64,000 nt of DNA, taken from the NCBI GenBank assembly GCA_000708835.1, contig DF236953.1:450147-514146 (forward strand), read 5' to 3'. This document shows, piece after piece, positions 1 through 12,291 of this stretch. The notes beneath the pieces were generated by a model. That model made no database searches. It saw nothing but the letters and a program-made list of their open reading frames with translations, and had not been told where the DNA came from. Every line of letters begins with the position of its first letter. The first letter of the stretch is position 1. This DNA is from Klebsormidium nitens. Lineage: Eukaryota; Plantae; Klebsormidiophyceae. The position numbers and the translations under genes were made by a program.

Positions 1-347
1 ACAAACCGAAACTTGTGCAAAGCAGGCCTCTAATTGGCTGAAAAACCTGGGATGGCCTCGGTCGACGCGCAACCTACTTCTCATTCTCAAAAGTGCGCTC
101 AGGACTATCGACTTGCTTATTCACGCTTCGGAAGTGCAAAGAAAGAGGACTGATGGCCATGCCAAAAGGTAGCGCGTGCTACCTCAAAATACACAACAGA
201 CTCTTGGGGTGGAAGTCAACCGACAGAGCGCTCTCCTCATGAGACGTTGGCAAAGCGGCAATTTCAATCTCTTGAAGAAGTTCGCAGGGAAATCAACGGC
301 GTCACTCCCCGTCCAACTTGCTCACGACGTGCCACGTGTCCACTTAC

Positions 348-3300
348 ACGTCGTTCTGACCGTACAGTTGCCGGGCCACGGGCAGCGCCCCGTATCGGAG
401 GGCCACGATCTGCAGCTGGTTGGTGGGCTCGTACACTGCCGGACACACCAGGATGTCCGAACCCGCAATGAGCCGATGCGCCAGACTGTCGTCCCACTTG
501 ATCTCAACGCGTGCGCTCCCAACCTGCGGAGTTTAGGCATTGCTTCTTTAGGTTTCGTTGACCGACAGTGCTTCGGTCTCCGACTTCGCCAAACCGCTTC
601 ACGTTCATGCAGACACATCTCTCTTTGCGCTCCAATTCTTCCGTGTCAATCGAACACGTCTTCGTAACCTTTGAGGACGACTGATGAATTTTTGTACTTT
701 TCAAACGGTACGGACATTCAGGAGATAGGTTCTCTTGTCGGAAATAAATGCCTAGGACGCATGCGTTCATTACGCATCCAGCAAATCCCGTGCTGCCAAT
801 GAGCAGAGGACCAAAAGACAATCAGATACGAGGTATTTCGAGAACCACCTTTTCAATCTTGCTTTTGACTTTTTCTTCGCAAACCAGTTCAAGCCCAAGA
901 AGTCCAAGAGACCAGCCAAACAAGACCTTGAGATGTCGAAGCACGGCGTTCGAGTGCAAAGCAGCTTAGACGGCTGTTCAGAATGTTTTGAGAGCGTCTT
1001 TCGGACCACTGCAATATACTCAAGGAAAGAAACCCCAAAGCATTTCCGCTAGCGAATCAGCCTCTGGTCTAACGCGCGTCCTCTCTCGACACGCGTTCAG
1101 CACGAAGAGCAAACCAACAAAATAGATAAATTAAATGCTTCGAATCGACGGCGCAAGAGTTTCTGAGTAACGACAGAAGAAGCCTGACAGGATAACCCAG
1201 ACAGCGTGTTAGAATATTCCTGTATGTACGGAAAAAATGGGGGAGAAAGCTCACCCCAAACTCGAGTGCTAGGTCTTCTAGCTGAACTTGCACCCGCGGT
1301 TCCCTGCTGGACCCCACGATAACGAACTGCGCACCGTAACGAAACTTCAACTTGGGCAAAAATGAGATGTAATTTAGCCTGCCGCCTTGATGAGATGGTC
1401 TCAGAATGCAATGACCAACGTGTCAGGATGTGTTTGAGCAAGTAACGCATCTGTGAGATGCTGGCACATTTCATGATTGAGCAATGGGCATCGAAGATGA
1501 CAATCCAAGCGCTAGGTACGTCAACAAACGTAACACCAGATGTCGCTGCGACAAGCTTTAGCGTTTGATTACGCGAGCAAACTGCGGACTACTCAAACCT
1601 GCGCATTCGGACGTCTGCTCGAAGCCGCTTTCTGACGCCACTAGAGGACAGAAAGTGACTCGTTGTCGCCGTGAATCCAACCCGGCTCTGGCAGGTTGAG
1701 CGAGCGTAAACAAGTTCCTAACTCTAACCCAGCTGGGTCAACACGTACTACTCCGCCTTCGTTTGAAGAAGCACAGAGAGCAAAAGGGTTGCGACCAAAA
1801 GGCTTCGATGATTCTCAAAGATCCGATGAACTGGGCAGGTTTTCATGTGTAGCTTTTGGACCGTAAGCACTTTCTGAAAAGGCTCCAGTGGTTTTGGACT
1901 ATTATACGTACTTGGCCCCCTTGTTGTAACGTTGTGTTGAGAGCGGCTCGAATCAGCTCCAGCTCCTTTTCCCTCACAGCTGGCGCGATGCATCCCACCT
2001 AAAACAAGACGTGCGACGTCAAGAAGTCTCCGAGACTGGCGGAGGTAGAAGTCTGTTAATTGATGTAACTTCCCGTTGAAGTCCTGGTCCAGACAGAGTC
2101 CCCATTTTACGTGACCAGGCAACCACGTTTACCGTTTCGCTGTCGAATAAAGAGCTGAAGGCCGGATGATTCAAGCAGCAAAACTTTCCAAAACATGCTT
2201 CTCCGGAGCATATTGCAAGGCGACCTGCTTCAAGGCTTCAGAATTCCGGGATTCCAGGGTTCTAAACCTGGATGGGAGACAGAATCCGTTACCTCATAAG
2301 CGTGCAATTCGGCAAAAACTGGTGACTTTGTGTAAATGACAGGTCAAAAGGTGATCATTCGGAGATTGAAAGTTTGCTACGAGGAATCTACCAAGATACA
2401 TCCAGAGCGAGGCACCAGCTTGAATAAAGCAACGGCCACAAATGATGTCACGGTGCTGACATCACTGCTGGCCCTTTCCAGACCAGATACACGACCAACT
2501 GCCTCCGTTAAAGGGTATAGGCACTTTCGTAGCCGGTTGCGTCCCACGCTGCAAGTTTTGTTATACTTCCCTGCTCAAAAGCGGTGATGAAAAGCGAGAC
2601 CTTTCCATCCATCTCACCAGCGGGACGTCTTCTTGAGGAAGGTTAAGCTCCTCCCGCAGGCTCGTCCGATTCGCGTCCTTTCCGGACGGGTCCTCTGCGG
2701 AGTACGACGTCGAGAGCGCAGGATCCCGTTCCGGGTTCCACACCATGTCGTTCAGCCCGCTGAGGATGCCCACTATTTTGGCCCTGGGACAACGATTCGA
2801 AGGGTCTAAAAGAAGTCTGAAGTATAAGTCCTTACAGCAGTCGTGAACGAGCTCAGCGTACGTGTCGAGGCCGTGCCAGTCTATTTTCGAAGGCCTGCAG
2901 CTCAATGACGCATCTAGTAGACTTGGATATCAGAGACCAACTAGGCCAGTTTTCTGCGACAATCAGCCGCAACTGGAAAGGACACTTCGCACCGATTTGC
3001 TGTGTGCATTCAGCAGCTTGGCGCCCGGGCTGCTGGCAGATAATCTTCCCGAAAGCAAGCCGCACAATCTACAACCTGAGTCACCAGCGCTCCGCTTCGC
3101 TTGACATTGCGGACTTTCAATACTCCTTCGCATGCTAGGGGAAATGTTACCCCTGCAACAAATGCAGGGTTTCGACAACCAGCACTGATTTACGTGGGAA
3201 GAGCGGTCACTTACTCGTGTTGTTGCAAGGTCGGCTCCATCCCGTAGCCCAGGTTGGTCTTGACGTCGCTAGCATACGTTTGTGAAGCGGTTGTGACCTT

Positions 3301-6300
3301 GTTCGAGTACACGATGCCACCCTGCGCAAGAGACAAGACTGACTCAGAGGGCCTCATGTTCGAGCTATCGCACCTTTCATGGTTGCGAGGTGCAGAGAGC
3401 AAACAGCGGACAGAGTGTTTGAATAGAGTAGTAAGCTTGACAACAGCTTTGGCAAGCAACAAAGGGACAGCATTTTGATGCATACTGGCGTCTTCAACGG
3501 AAGAAAAAAATGCTCAAAATTTCCCAGAAAACTGCCAGCAGATCTTCCTCTCGAACCCAAGGGTATCAGGAGAGACGCCCGAGATACACATCAGGAAACC
3601 GGGTAGAATGTGTCATCGGCACAGCCCCGGACCGACTGCTCTCGTAGAGATGTTCGATGCCATCTTAGCCCGGTCTGAACCGTTCTGACCCATACGAGAC
3701 TCCAAGAGTAGCACAATGCTCCGAAGGCCACGGCCTGGCTGGCGTACAGAAGACTTACCTTCAGCAGATTTATCATGCTCGGGTCGAGGTTGTCTTGCAA
3801 CCGATCTGGCCGGTTGAGCTGGGAGTGATCCAGCCCGCAGAGGGCCAACTTTTCTGGGGGTGCCGTGCACTGAGAACAGACACGAAAGTAACCCGATGTT
3901 AGAAGCAGCGGCGCTTCGGCCAGACAAAAGGGTAGCTCAAAGCTTGCGAAGGAGCAAGCGACTCATTGACAGCAGGACGCATTTGCATCTTTCTTTCGTG
4001 GGGATGTTCGGCGCACTTCAGGAAGCTGTGTGCAAAGGACTTTCTTTGCGGAACATTAATTTGCGGGGGTCTCAGAGGCGTGCTAAAGAGCATGCCTTCC
4101 CCTTTTCCGTGCAGACAGAACGGATGAAAGGAGAAAGCGGAATCCCAGCGGGTCACTTTCGATGACACTCCTCAGTTACAACCTTTCAAATCAACGGTCC
4201 GAAAAGGTCTTTCCGGCGGAGTTGGCCGTCGATTTCCTGGGGGCTGGCGGAGGTTGCCCGGAAGTCCAATGTTCTCCCTCCATCCTTTCTGACACTCCTC
4301 CGAGGAATATATTAAAGTACTCATGAAGTCAGAAACAAGAGAAGTCAGCAATCAATCGGAACATGAACATCTCAGGAAGCGGGCGGTAGCGCAGACCTGG
4401 TACTTGAAGTCGTGGCAGGTGAACATGATGCGCGTGTCTTGCAAGCCCGCGTTGTAGAAGATGTCCCAAAAGAGCGGCGCGATGGCAGCCGTCTGCCAGT
4501 TGTGCAAATGCAGCACGTCCGGCTGCTTGCCCACCTTCTGCACGTACTCCAACGCCGCGCGACTGAAGTAGGTGAACCTGCGGAGTGAAGACTTTCATTG
4601 ATGAGTACTTTGGTTCATTGCGGAACAAGGGCTAGCTTGGTTGGTTGTTGGTTACTGATGGGTTCACCGTTATCTAGCGTTTTTCAGGCTGCTTGCCCAC
4701 CTTCTGCACGCACTCCAGTGTAGCGCGACTGTAAGTAGGTGAACCTGCGGAGTGAAGGCTTTCATTGATCAGCACTTTGACTCCTTGTGGAAGCAAGAAA
4801 CTCCATTGGTTGATTGTTGGTTACTATTTGTTATCCACTAGTTAGCGTTTTTTAGGCTGCGTGCCCACCTTCTGCACGTATTCCAGCGCCGCGAGGCTGA
4901 AGTACGTGGATCTGCATAGTCCGGATAGTCCTTACTTGAGTACTTGGTCAGTTCATTTCGTATCCTTAACGGTAAATGATCGAGCTATTACCAATTTTCT
5001 GCACATAGGTACACCAGGGCCGCGCGCTGAAGCACGGGAACCTATGGAGCAAGGACAAACTTGCACTGCCAAGGTCTAAGACAAGATCACAAAGATGTCC
5101 AACGAACCTGGGCCGGCGGTAAGTTTCATCAATAGTCTGACGAAAAGTGAGTGGCAAGCACTGATTCAACGATGGTGTCCGATCGAAAGCCGCACCATTG
5201 TCATACAAGTATCAGTACTAGACACTCCCCGACCCCAGGACACCCTATTCTAACAACTACAAGTTAGTCAGAGCGCGAACATTTTTCGTTGTACATGGTT
5301 TCAGCAGAGGGTGCCGATCCTTGCTTCCCCAAGGTCGAGACGAGCTCTCACCTCTCGAAATCGTCTTCGTAGTCGTAAAATGTCTCTCGAGCAAAGAACT
5401 GCTGCGGATGCTGGGGGTCGATCAGCGTGACTGGGATTCCAAACACAACCCTGCGCTCAAGCAAACAGTTATAAGAAAAAGTGTCTTCAGGTCAAAGAGA
5501 ACCTCCCGATAGCTGATTTTGATTGACGGCCTCGAGCAAAAGAAACTGGGCCACCACGAGAGCCATTCAGGAAGATGCTGACCGTCGTCAGTGGCCCGGC
5601 TATTCCTTCCAACCTGCTCGCTCATTCATCAGCAGCTGAGCGCCAGAACTGGGAAGCACCAATGGCCTCCGGTGTCGCCGCCCTCCAACCGCAAGAGTTA
5701 TACGCGGACGCATGAGACTTCTGTCAGCCCTCTTTCCGCCTTGACCGAACATCTTTTACAATACCAGATTGTACCAGGAGCCTATAAATCTGATCAACGA
5801 AGGGGCTGCGTAACACCTGTCCTCAATTCTCTGAAGCTCGGCATCCACGATTAACAGCTTAATCCAAAAGGTGTCTCGTTCAATTGACGACTTATCGATG
5901 CCACAGCCCCGCTCGGAAACCTGAACAGAAGGAACGTATTTCAGGTTAGTCAGCAGTCCGCCCGGGTGCCTCACCCGGTCCAGATTTTGTTGCGGTGCCA
6001 CTCGCCGTCGAAGTAGGAGTGGAGCTCCCGGGACGCCTCTTGCAGGTCATCCAGCACGCTCATGTCCAGCGACGCGTACTTCGGCAGAATCACCTCCACC
6101 AAGTTGCCTTTCCGCCGTAGCGCTCTGAAGAAGCGCGTCAAGAATACAGTGAGGATTCTGTGAGCGTTGAACACTGTTGAAATCTCTCGTCGCCTTTGAG
6201 CAGTCCTTCCACCAAGTTGCACACCGCTCTGGGGACCTCAGAAAAAGGAGGACAGGGCTGATTGTTGCGAAAATAGGCAATTGACTTCCTCGGACCTCGA

Positions 6301-7997
6301 ACTTCGTTTCATGCGGATAAGGAAGAACGCCAAGGGATCGGAGAGGCTCCGCTCGGTCAGTAACTAAACAAGCCGTCAGAAAAAGTATTCACTCTCTCGT
6401 CTTTCACTCGCAGGCCTTATCAGGCGTCAGAGCCCCTCCGTTTACTTGTTCCCCTTTCACTTGCAGCCACTTGACCATCGCCATGGGACTCTATGCATTC
6501 GATGGGCTCTGGCCATAAGTCTTTCTTCGCAGCATCTGACCTGAAAACTGCGACGCAGGTTACAAGTTTTTTGTCCTCACCTGCACAGCCCCATCACCTT
6601 CGCTGCCAGCGTTCCCGTCTCCGCCACGGGTGCCAGCTCCGTGCACACGTGGATCACATGGATCCCCGCCTGAGCCTTCTGGTCTAGCAGGGGCAACAGC
6701 CCTTGAGCCACCGCTTCTGCAGACTGGCCTCTCAGATCCACAAACGCTTCGGCGATGCGCATGTCCCGTTTTTGCACAAGTTCGCGGAGGCCGGCGGCCT
6801 GTGTGCGGGTGATTATCTCGCCAAGCAGGAGGTTGTCGATGGCTAGGATAAGGGAGCTCCATAGGGCTGGGGGGTCGGCCTTTGGGTCGCGCTTGTCCCC
6901 CACACGGAAGATGCCGCCACCTGTGGAATAGAAAGACTATGAGCACCCGGGAGTGCAGTTGAGAGCCCTGACCAGTATTATTCGCAAACAGGCACACCGA
7001 AGATTTCCTGTGTGCTCAAGTCATCCTGCCTAACACCCGACAAATGGAGTCTTGATGCAACTTTACGCTGGAACCAGGTTCTTATCGTGAATCCGTCATT
7101 GGCTTCGCTTTTTATGCCGGCAGGTGTCACTTCTTTCAGCCAGCGTGATTCTGTGTTGGTACTTTCAAAACATAAGATGATGTTCTGCAGGTCTGATCCT
7201 CATGGATGGGAAAGTCAAGAACAGCAGCTAAAGGTCTCGCCTGCTCTGCTCTCTGCCAAGGCAATGCTCCCTTCTGCAGTCTTCAGCCTCTGCCCCAATA
7301 CGTCCTTGTCGCCGGTGGCAGCCTGGACTTCCGCCTCTAGTTGCGATACTTTGGCCAGGAGCAGCTCCTTGTCTCTCTCTGCCTTTTGCAGCTCCTCTAT
7401 TGCAATCAGGCGCTGCTTGTTCAAGTACAGCATGTCTGCAGCAACCGCACGAATCAACATTACACTTCTGTCGTGGCCACTAATGGGAGCCTGAGGGCAA
7501 TCCTGGGCCTTAAGAATGTTCAGAGGGATCTATCGGACTCCGACGATGCGGAGGGGACCTGGTGGGTTGGACTAGTTCCCATCTAGCAAGATCCAACAAG
7601 CAGGGGTGCGACAACCTCATTGCGCAGCTCCCAAGTTCTGTCTTTGACCTCAAGAGACTGCATCTCTGTGTTTGTGTTGGGGAGATTGATGTAACAAGAT
7701 CTGAGAGTAGGTTTCAAAGGGTCCATTCCAACTCCAGGAGGGAGGCTTGAAAAGAAAGGGTCGACTGACAGTCACATGGCGGGCTGCGTATGACGTATGC
7801 AATGCTGAGCGGGACAATCTATACATCTACTGATCAACCTTTTCTGCCGGACAATTTAGCAAGCAGAGTAAGTGGCTCTTCATGCGGGGCTGATGACGCT
7901 TCAACAGGCAGATTGCGAACTCACTCTGTTGAGCGTCGTTGAAGAGTTTCATCATGTCCATTGTGTTTGCAGGCGCCTTCTGATTCCAACCGGGAAC
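348..7997 (-). CDS. SS5: Starch synthase 5-like (SS5/SSV) multi-exon gene with coiled-coil, GT5 and retained GT1 halves; 5' exons and final exon not located
   Basis: Spliced by eye at GT-AG sites. Exons 7997-7925 (KLFNDAQQ) and 7435 onward (NMLYLNKQRLIAIEELQKA). About 6900-6580 (LWSSLILAID...HVIHVCTELAPVAETGTL). About 6110-5975 (ALRRKGNLVEVILPKY...NKIWTG). 5450-5352 (VVFGIPVTLIDP...YEDDFER) and 4577-4397 (FTYFSRAALEY...PDVLHLHNWQTA). About 3850-3760 (LCGLDHSQLNRPDRLQDN), about 3330-3215 (GGIVYSNKV), about 2780-2620 (IVGILSGLNDMVWNP). 1998-1912, 1326-1255 and 523-348 (LAHRLIAGSDILVCPAVYEP). These match plant SS5/SS4 as recalled. Confidence 0.85.
4520..4960 (-). repeat. Three tandem units of about 165-170 bp, each carrying an intron acceptor plus the 5' part of an SS5 exon
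   Basis: The motif (GCTT/GCGT)GCCCACCTTCTGCACG...GCG...CTG(T)AAGTA(G/C)GTG(A/G)A recurs at about 4525, 4691 and 4858, each followed by similar intronic sequence. Confidence 0.85.
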
Positions 7998-9561
7998 CTA
8001 ACGCAAGCCACAAAACCGGTGTTGATAAAGACGCAGTTTAAAGGCGTCTACTTATAGACTCGCCTTTAATCAGTCTTGACACACTTGCTAGGACGCCCCA
8101 AGAGAATGATTTGTTTCTGCAGCAGTTACGGCCGCTTCTTGCACAGGGCAACAGGGGTGGTCTGTGGGCTGGCAATCAAGCAATCAATCAACCTTCACAT
8201 TTTTTACCATCATCAAAACCAGAGTGCACAATGCTGGTTCTTACCTGTATGCCCTCAGAGTCCGACGGATTGCTGCAAAGATCAGATTCTAGAGTTCAAT
8301 AGGGATGATCAATACAGGGTGCTTTCAACAACTCCAGCCTTACAGCAATTGAGCAGATCTGCAGGTCAACACAGCAGCCGGCAACGAATCGAGCATCCTA
8401 CGACGGGCAAGGACAGACGAATGACAATGTCAAACCTCCCACAGGACCACGCATATGTTTCTATTGTGGAAGACAAACCTTGTCGTTTCAAGAGTTTGCT
8501 TGGCCAATGGTGTATCTCTGTAAGCAAGCAGGGGACATGAACAGTGTTAGGATCGGTCGGCTTCAAGGTAGTCAGGTCTGTGCAATTGAACCACCCAATC
8601 AAACCAGCTGGTCATCCATTGAGGCAGAAATATGTAATTGATGCACCGTCGGCATTACCCTGGTCAGCCACACCCCTTGCTTGCAGCAAAAGTAGGTGTA
8701 GCAGGTTTAGCTTTGAGTCATCTTGCGAACCAATGCATCACCAACGCAGCCACACTTACCCGTTTTGGGAAGACACTTGGATCCTTCCAAGCCTGTGCCT
8801 CTTCGCCCCAAGATTGCTCAAGCCTGGTCTGTCAGTGACATTACTCCTCCCAATCAAGCTGCTGATGGCAGTGGGCTTAGTAATGACATTGAGCCGCAAT
8901 TGGTGAGCACTTTTGATCATCGCAATCTCGCCAGGCGAAGCACCCACTACTTTAGCCATACCCATGTTGTGTTGGCCAGAAGAACTTTGAATGGCCTTAT
9001 GGCCCATGGTTGTCTGTGACGCGCACATTCCACCTGCCATCGAGCTTGGTGGTTTCTCGGAGGTCGCCGATCAAGTATCGACCAAAACGTTGGCAGGCAC
9101 CCAGCAAGTTCACATTTTCCTTGCTACATTCGAGATCTCACAAGCCTGCTGCCACCGCGTGGTGCCTGTGAGGTGTGCAAATTCTTTTTGAAGGCGCCCC
9201 AAAGCGCCTGCAACAAAGCCCTGAGCCTGCCCTGAGCAGCTTCGATCTGGTCTGATTTGCACAGTGGTGGCGCCAAAAATGATGATGGCGGTGGGTTCCG
9301 CGGGAAGAACACCGGAACGGCGGAAGTATTCCGAAACCGGATCCCAAACCCCGGGCCCTCGCCCAGCGGCGGCCGCCAACCGCAGCCGCGACACTGTGCT
9401 GTACGCGTTAGTCCAGGCTTTGCCGGCCGCGGGGTGCGCTGAAGCTTGATGAAATTACATCCATCAAAAGTGTCCTAAAAGTTTTAGAAACGTACGAACA
9501 GCAGGAGAGCAGGTGCTCTTACAGACGCAAGGAGCACGAAGGAAGAGCGGAGAATAGAAGA

Positions 9562-11352
9562 ATGATGTTCAACGACCCTGCTTCGTCTGACGTAGTCGTC
9601 ATCCTCGTTTCTGGAGATGTGCAAGGGAGTGAACAAACCCCACCTGAAAGTGAGGTTCGCCTTCACTTGCACCAGAACGTTCTCAAAAGAGAGTCTCAAT
9701 ACTTCGAAGCACGTATCTCACGATGGCAGGCACCTCACGAGATGAAGCAGGGACTGGAATCCACAAAACCGGAAATTGTTGTTAGTTGCACCTCTAGTGC
9801 TCAAGTAGAGAGCTATTCGTTTGTTCTGGAGCTTCTGTACAAGGAGAGCGAAGATCATAGTGAGGGAAAGGAAGCTAAGCTGCTCTTTGGCTGCGCAGCG
9901 CAAGCGCTTTCAGTGCTAGAAGCCAGCAGCTTTTTGGCCTGCGAGAGGATCATCAAGCTGTGCTGTGACTACCTGAATGCTGCATACTGGCCTTAAGAGG
10001 AGGTGGGGAGATACAGGGAATTCATTGAAGGACTTGGAGAAACGGTTGCAAACAAGCTGAGGGACAAGCTTGACTCCAGAAGAGAGGCAGCCATGTCGGA
10101 GTCCCTCTTCAGTAGCCTTCTTCAGATGGCCGTCTCCAAGGCCAATTTCTCAATGAGAAATGGTGAAGTCCAGGTTGGATCCAGCTTCAAAAGGGCATGG
10201 GGGATCCTTGAGAGATACGCGGCTACCAACTGGAAGGGGCTGTCAAAGGACGCGCAAAAGAGGCTCTGGTTTGAAGACTTTCGCAGTCTTACAAGTCTTG
10301 TTCACGACAGGGTCCTCAAGCGTTCTGTGACTGGACTCGAGCAGGGGCTAAAATTCACTGAGTTCCTGCTGACTTACATCTTAAGGTATGATGTATGCAA
10401 GGAAAAATTTGTCAGGGCGTGGGCCGAGACGCCCCTGCCTCGGCTAATAGCAGGATGCATCTACGGCGGGGACCTTCAAAACGGTCACGACTGGGTCACA
10501 AGACCGGGTGATTGGCAAGTCCTCACAAACATAGTAAGCAGCCTGTGTAGAACTCTATCTTCGATACTCGAAAGCGTTGAAAATGGCTCATGCGCCATTG
10601 AGCAGACCACGCTGGCAGAGCTCCTGAAGGGCTGGGGGATGGTCTTCGTGGCCCTGGAAAGCCTTCACCAGTCCTTGCACAAACTTGGGGAGAACAAGGA
10701 CGAGAGCCTGACAGCAGAAGCTGTTCAGAGGCTACTAGTCTCCACCAAGACGCTATTCGCTTCCCTCGACAGCGCAGCCCGCGATCAGTGCCGCTTCTAC
10801 TGGGCCGATGCATCGAGGGAGGTTGAAACCAAGATGCCCTGGAGCACCTTCGTTTACGAGACGATGATGGACTTCAGCACGACTCAAAATCCTGTTCGGC
10901 TCTTGGAATGTCACCTCTATCTCTGGAGGCCCACAGATCCTCTGCCTATCGACAGGTTCTTGAAGGTGGCTCCAAATCTCACGCTAGAGCTTTCCGGCAT
11001 CTGGCTGAAGAAGTTCTCGCACCAATACGCGACCAAGAACGTTTTCTCCATGAGATGCGTCATCGAAGCAAACATACTCATTTTCGAGGCAGCCCTATAC
11101 CCTCAGTCTCCAACTCCAGATGACGTCAGGTTCCAACTTTTAGAGGTCTGGTTCGCAGAGTACGTCTGCTTGGACAGGAAGAAAGCCGTGGATCCGCGTC
11201 TCTCTGAGGCGTTGAAGAAAATCTTCTTGTCTTTGCCGGTCTCTGCCCAGGCTGAACTGGTTGATGAGTATTGGGGGAAGCTGTACGCCTCAGGATCCCG
11301 TTCTAGCTCCTTTGATACATTCTTCGACGACTGGTATATCCGCACGGCCTAG
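9562..11352 (+). pseudogene. Intronless BTB/POZ-domain gene (At3g05675/At3g50780-like) interrupted by an in-frame TAA at 9994-9996
   Basis: The N-terminus FNDPASSDVVVIL...LHLHQNVLKRESQYFEARISRW is a typical plant BTB start. ORFs 9562-9996 and 10003-11352 are in the same frame and read YWP*EEVGRY across the stop. Confidence 0.7.
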
Positions 11353-11709
11353 GAAACTGGTCCCGCCGTAGGCTAAGGTCGTTTTCTTCGTTGGGGGAGA
11401 GAAGCAAAAGCATAACATACCTCCGTATACAAGAACAGTGTCCTCTTGTTGCTTCTTGAAGATGAGCAAGGAACGTGTGAGTCTCACCGTGCGGTACTTA
11501 AGTCTTGAAGGAGGGGTTGGCAAGTATATAGGCTCGAAGCACCTTATGATGACACATGTGCATCGACCAACCTGATGTGCGCATATATGGCTGGCCGAGC
11601 TAGACGGTAGTTACCTGCAGGTCCTATATATACAACCAAACCGTACGCGTGAGCACTCGGTTGTTTGAACCTAAAATACAACTTCGTGCACGATGACCGT
11701 ATATGCGCG

Positions 11710-11800
11710 TGTCGCGATCCTACCTGAGGATCTCTCTCTAAACCCAGCTGCGCCAGGCACCATGAAGCATGTCAACGCTATACACCTAACTCTCCTACTC
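11710..11800. repeat. Terminal repeat A, copy 1 (91 bp; 3' terminus of the element in sense orientation)
   Basis: Identical to 12160-12250; starts TGTCGCGATCC. Confidence 0.95.
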
Positions 11801-12157
11801 TGAATGATTGCATCAATCACAAATCACCTAAACCACATGCACCATACACATAAGCGCAGTCTGCTTATGCGGAGACTCTCTGCTGGCCGTCATGCAGCAT
11901 GACGAGGAGACAATGGTTGCTGATCAAAGTCGCCTTCAATATGCCTTAGACCGAACATAGAGAGAATGAGCTACAATCAGCTCATTCTCTTACCTAAATG
12001 TTCTGTCCGGCCATCAACCTTCTGCTTAAGTGCTTTGTACGGTAATCATCATGCTCATCAATGCATTACCGGACTCACTCTAGCTCTAGTTACGGCTGAC
12101 CCTAACGTAATGACCGGGTTGCGAGATAACCCGGTCGCGACACAATCTGGCGTGACA
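11801..12157. repeat. Repeat B, copy 1 (357 bp, LTR-like, TG...CA)
   Basis: 355/357 identical to 21812-22168; the only difference is CA versus TT at 11820-11821 / 21831-21832. Confidence 0.95.
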
Positions 12158-12159
12158 GC

Positions 12160-12250
12160 TGTCGCGATCCTACCTGAGGATCTCTCTCTAAACCCAGCTG
12201 CGCCAGGCACCATGAAGCATGTCAACGCTATACACCTAACTCTCCTACTC
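12160..12250. repeat. Repeat A, copy 2 (internal, separated from B by the dinucleotide GC)
   Basis: Identical to 11710-11800. The junction reads CGTGACA-GC-TGTCGCG, with the perfect palindrome GACAGCTGTC at 12154-12163. Confidence 0.95.
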
Positions 12251-12258
12251 TCCCCTCC
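12240..12258 (-). promoter_or_regulatory. Putative polypurine tract (plus-strand primer)
   Basis: The minus strand reads GGAGGGGAGAGTAGGAGAG about 35 nt after the pol stop and straddles the inner edge of repeat A (12250). Confidence 0.65.
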
Positions 12259-12291
12259 TGAACCGTGCACCCCCATCTTTCTAAACACGGT

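Noticed and set aside
8076-9450. Possible first exons of SS5 or a separate small gene
   Set aside because: There are several short ORFs but no homology or convincing splice chain, so they are left unassigned.
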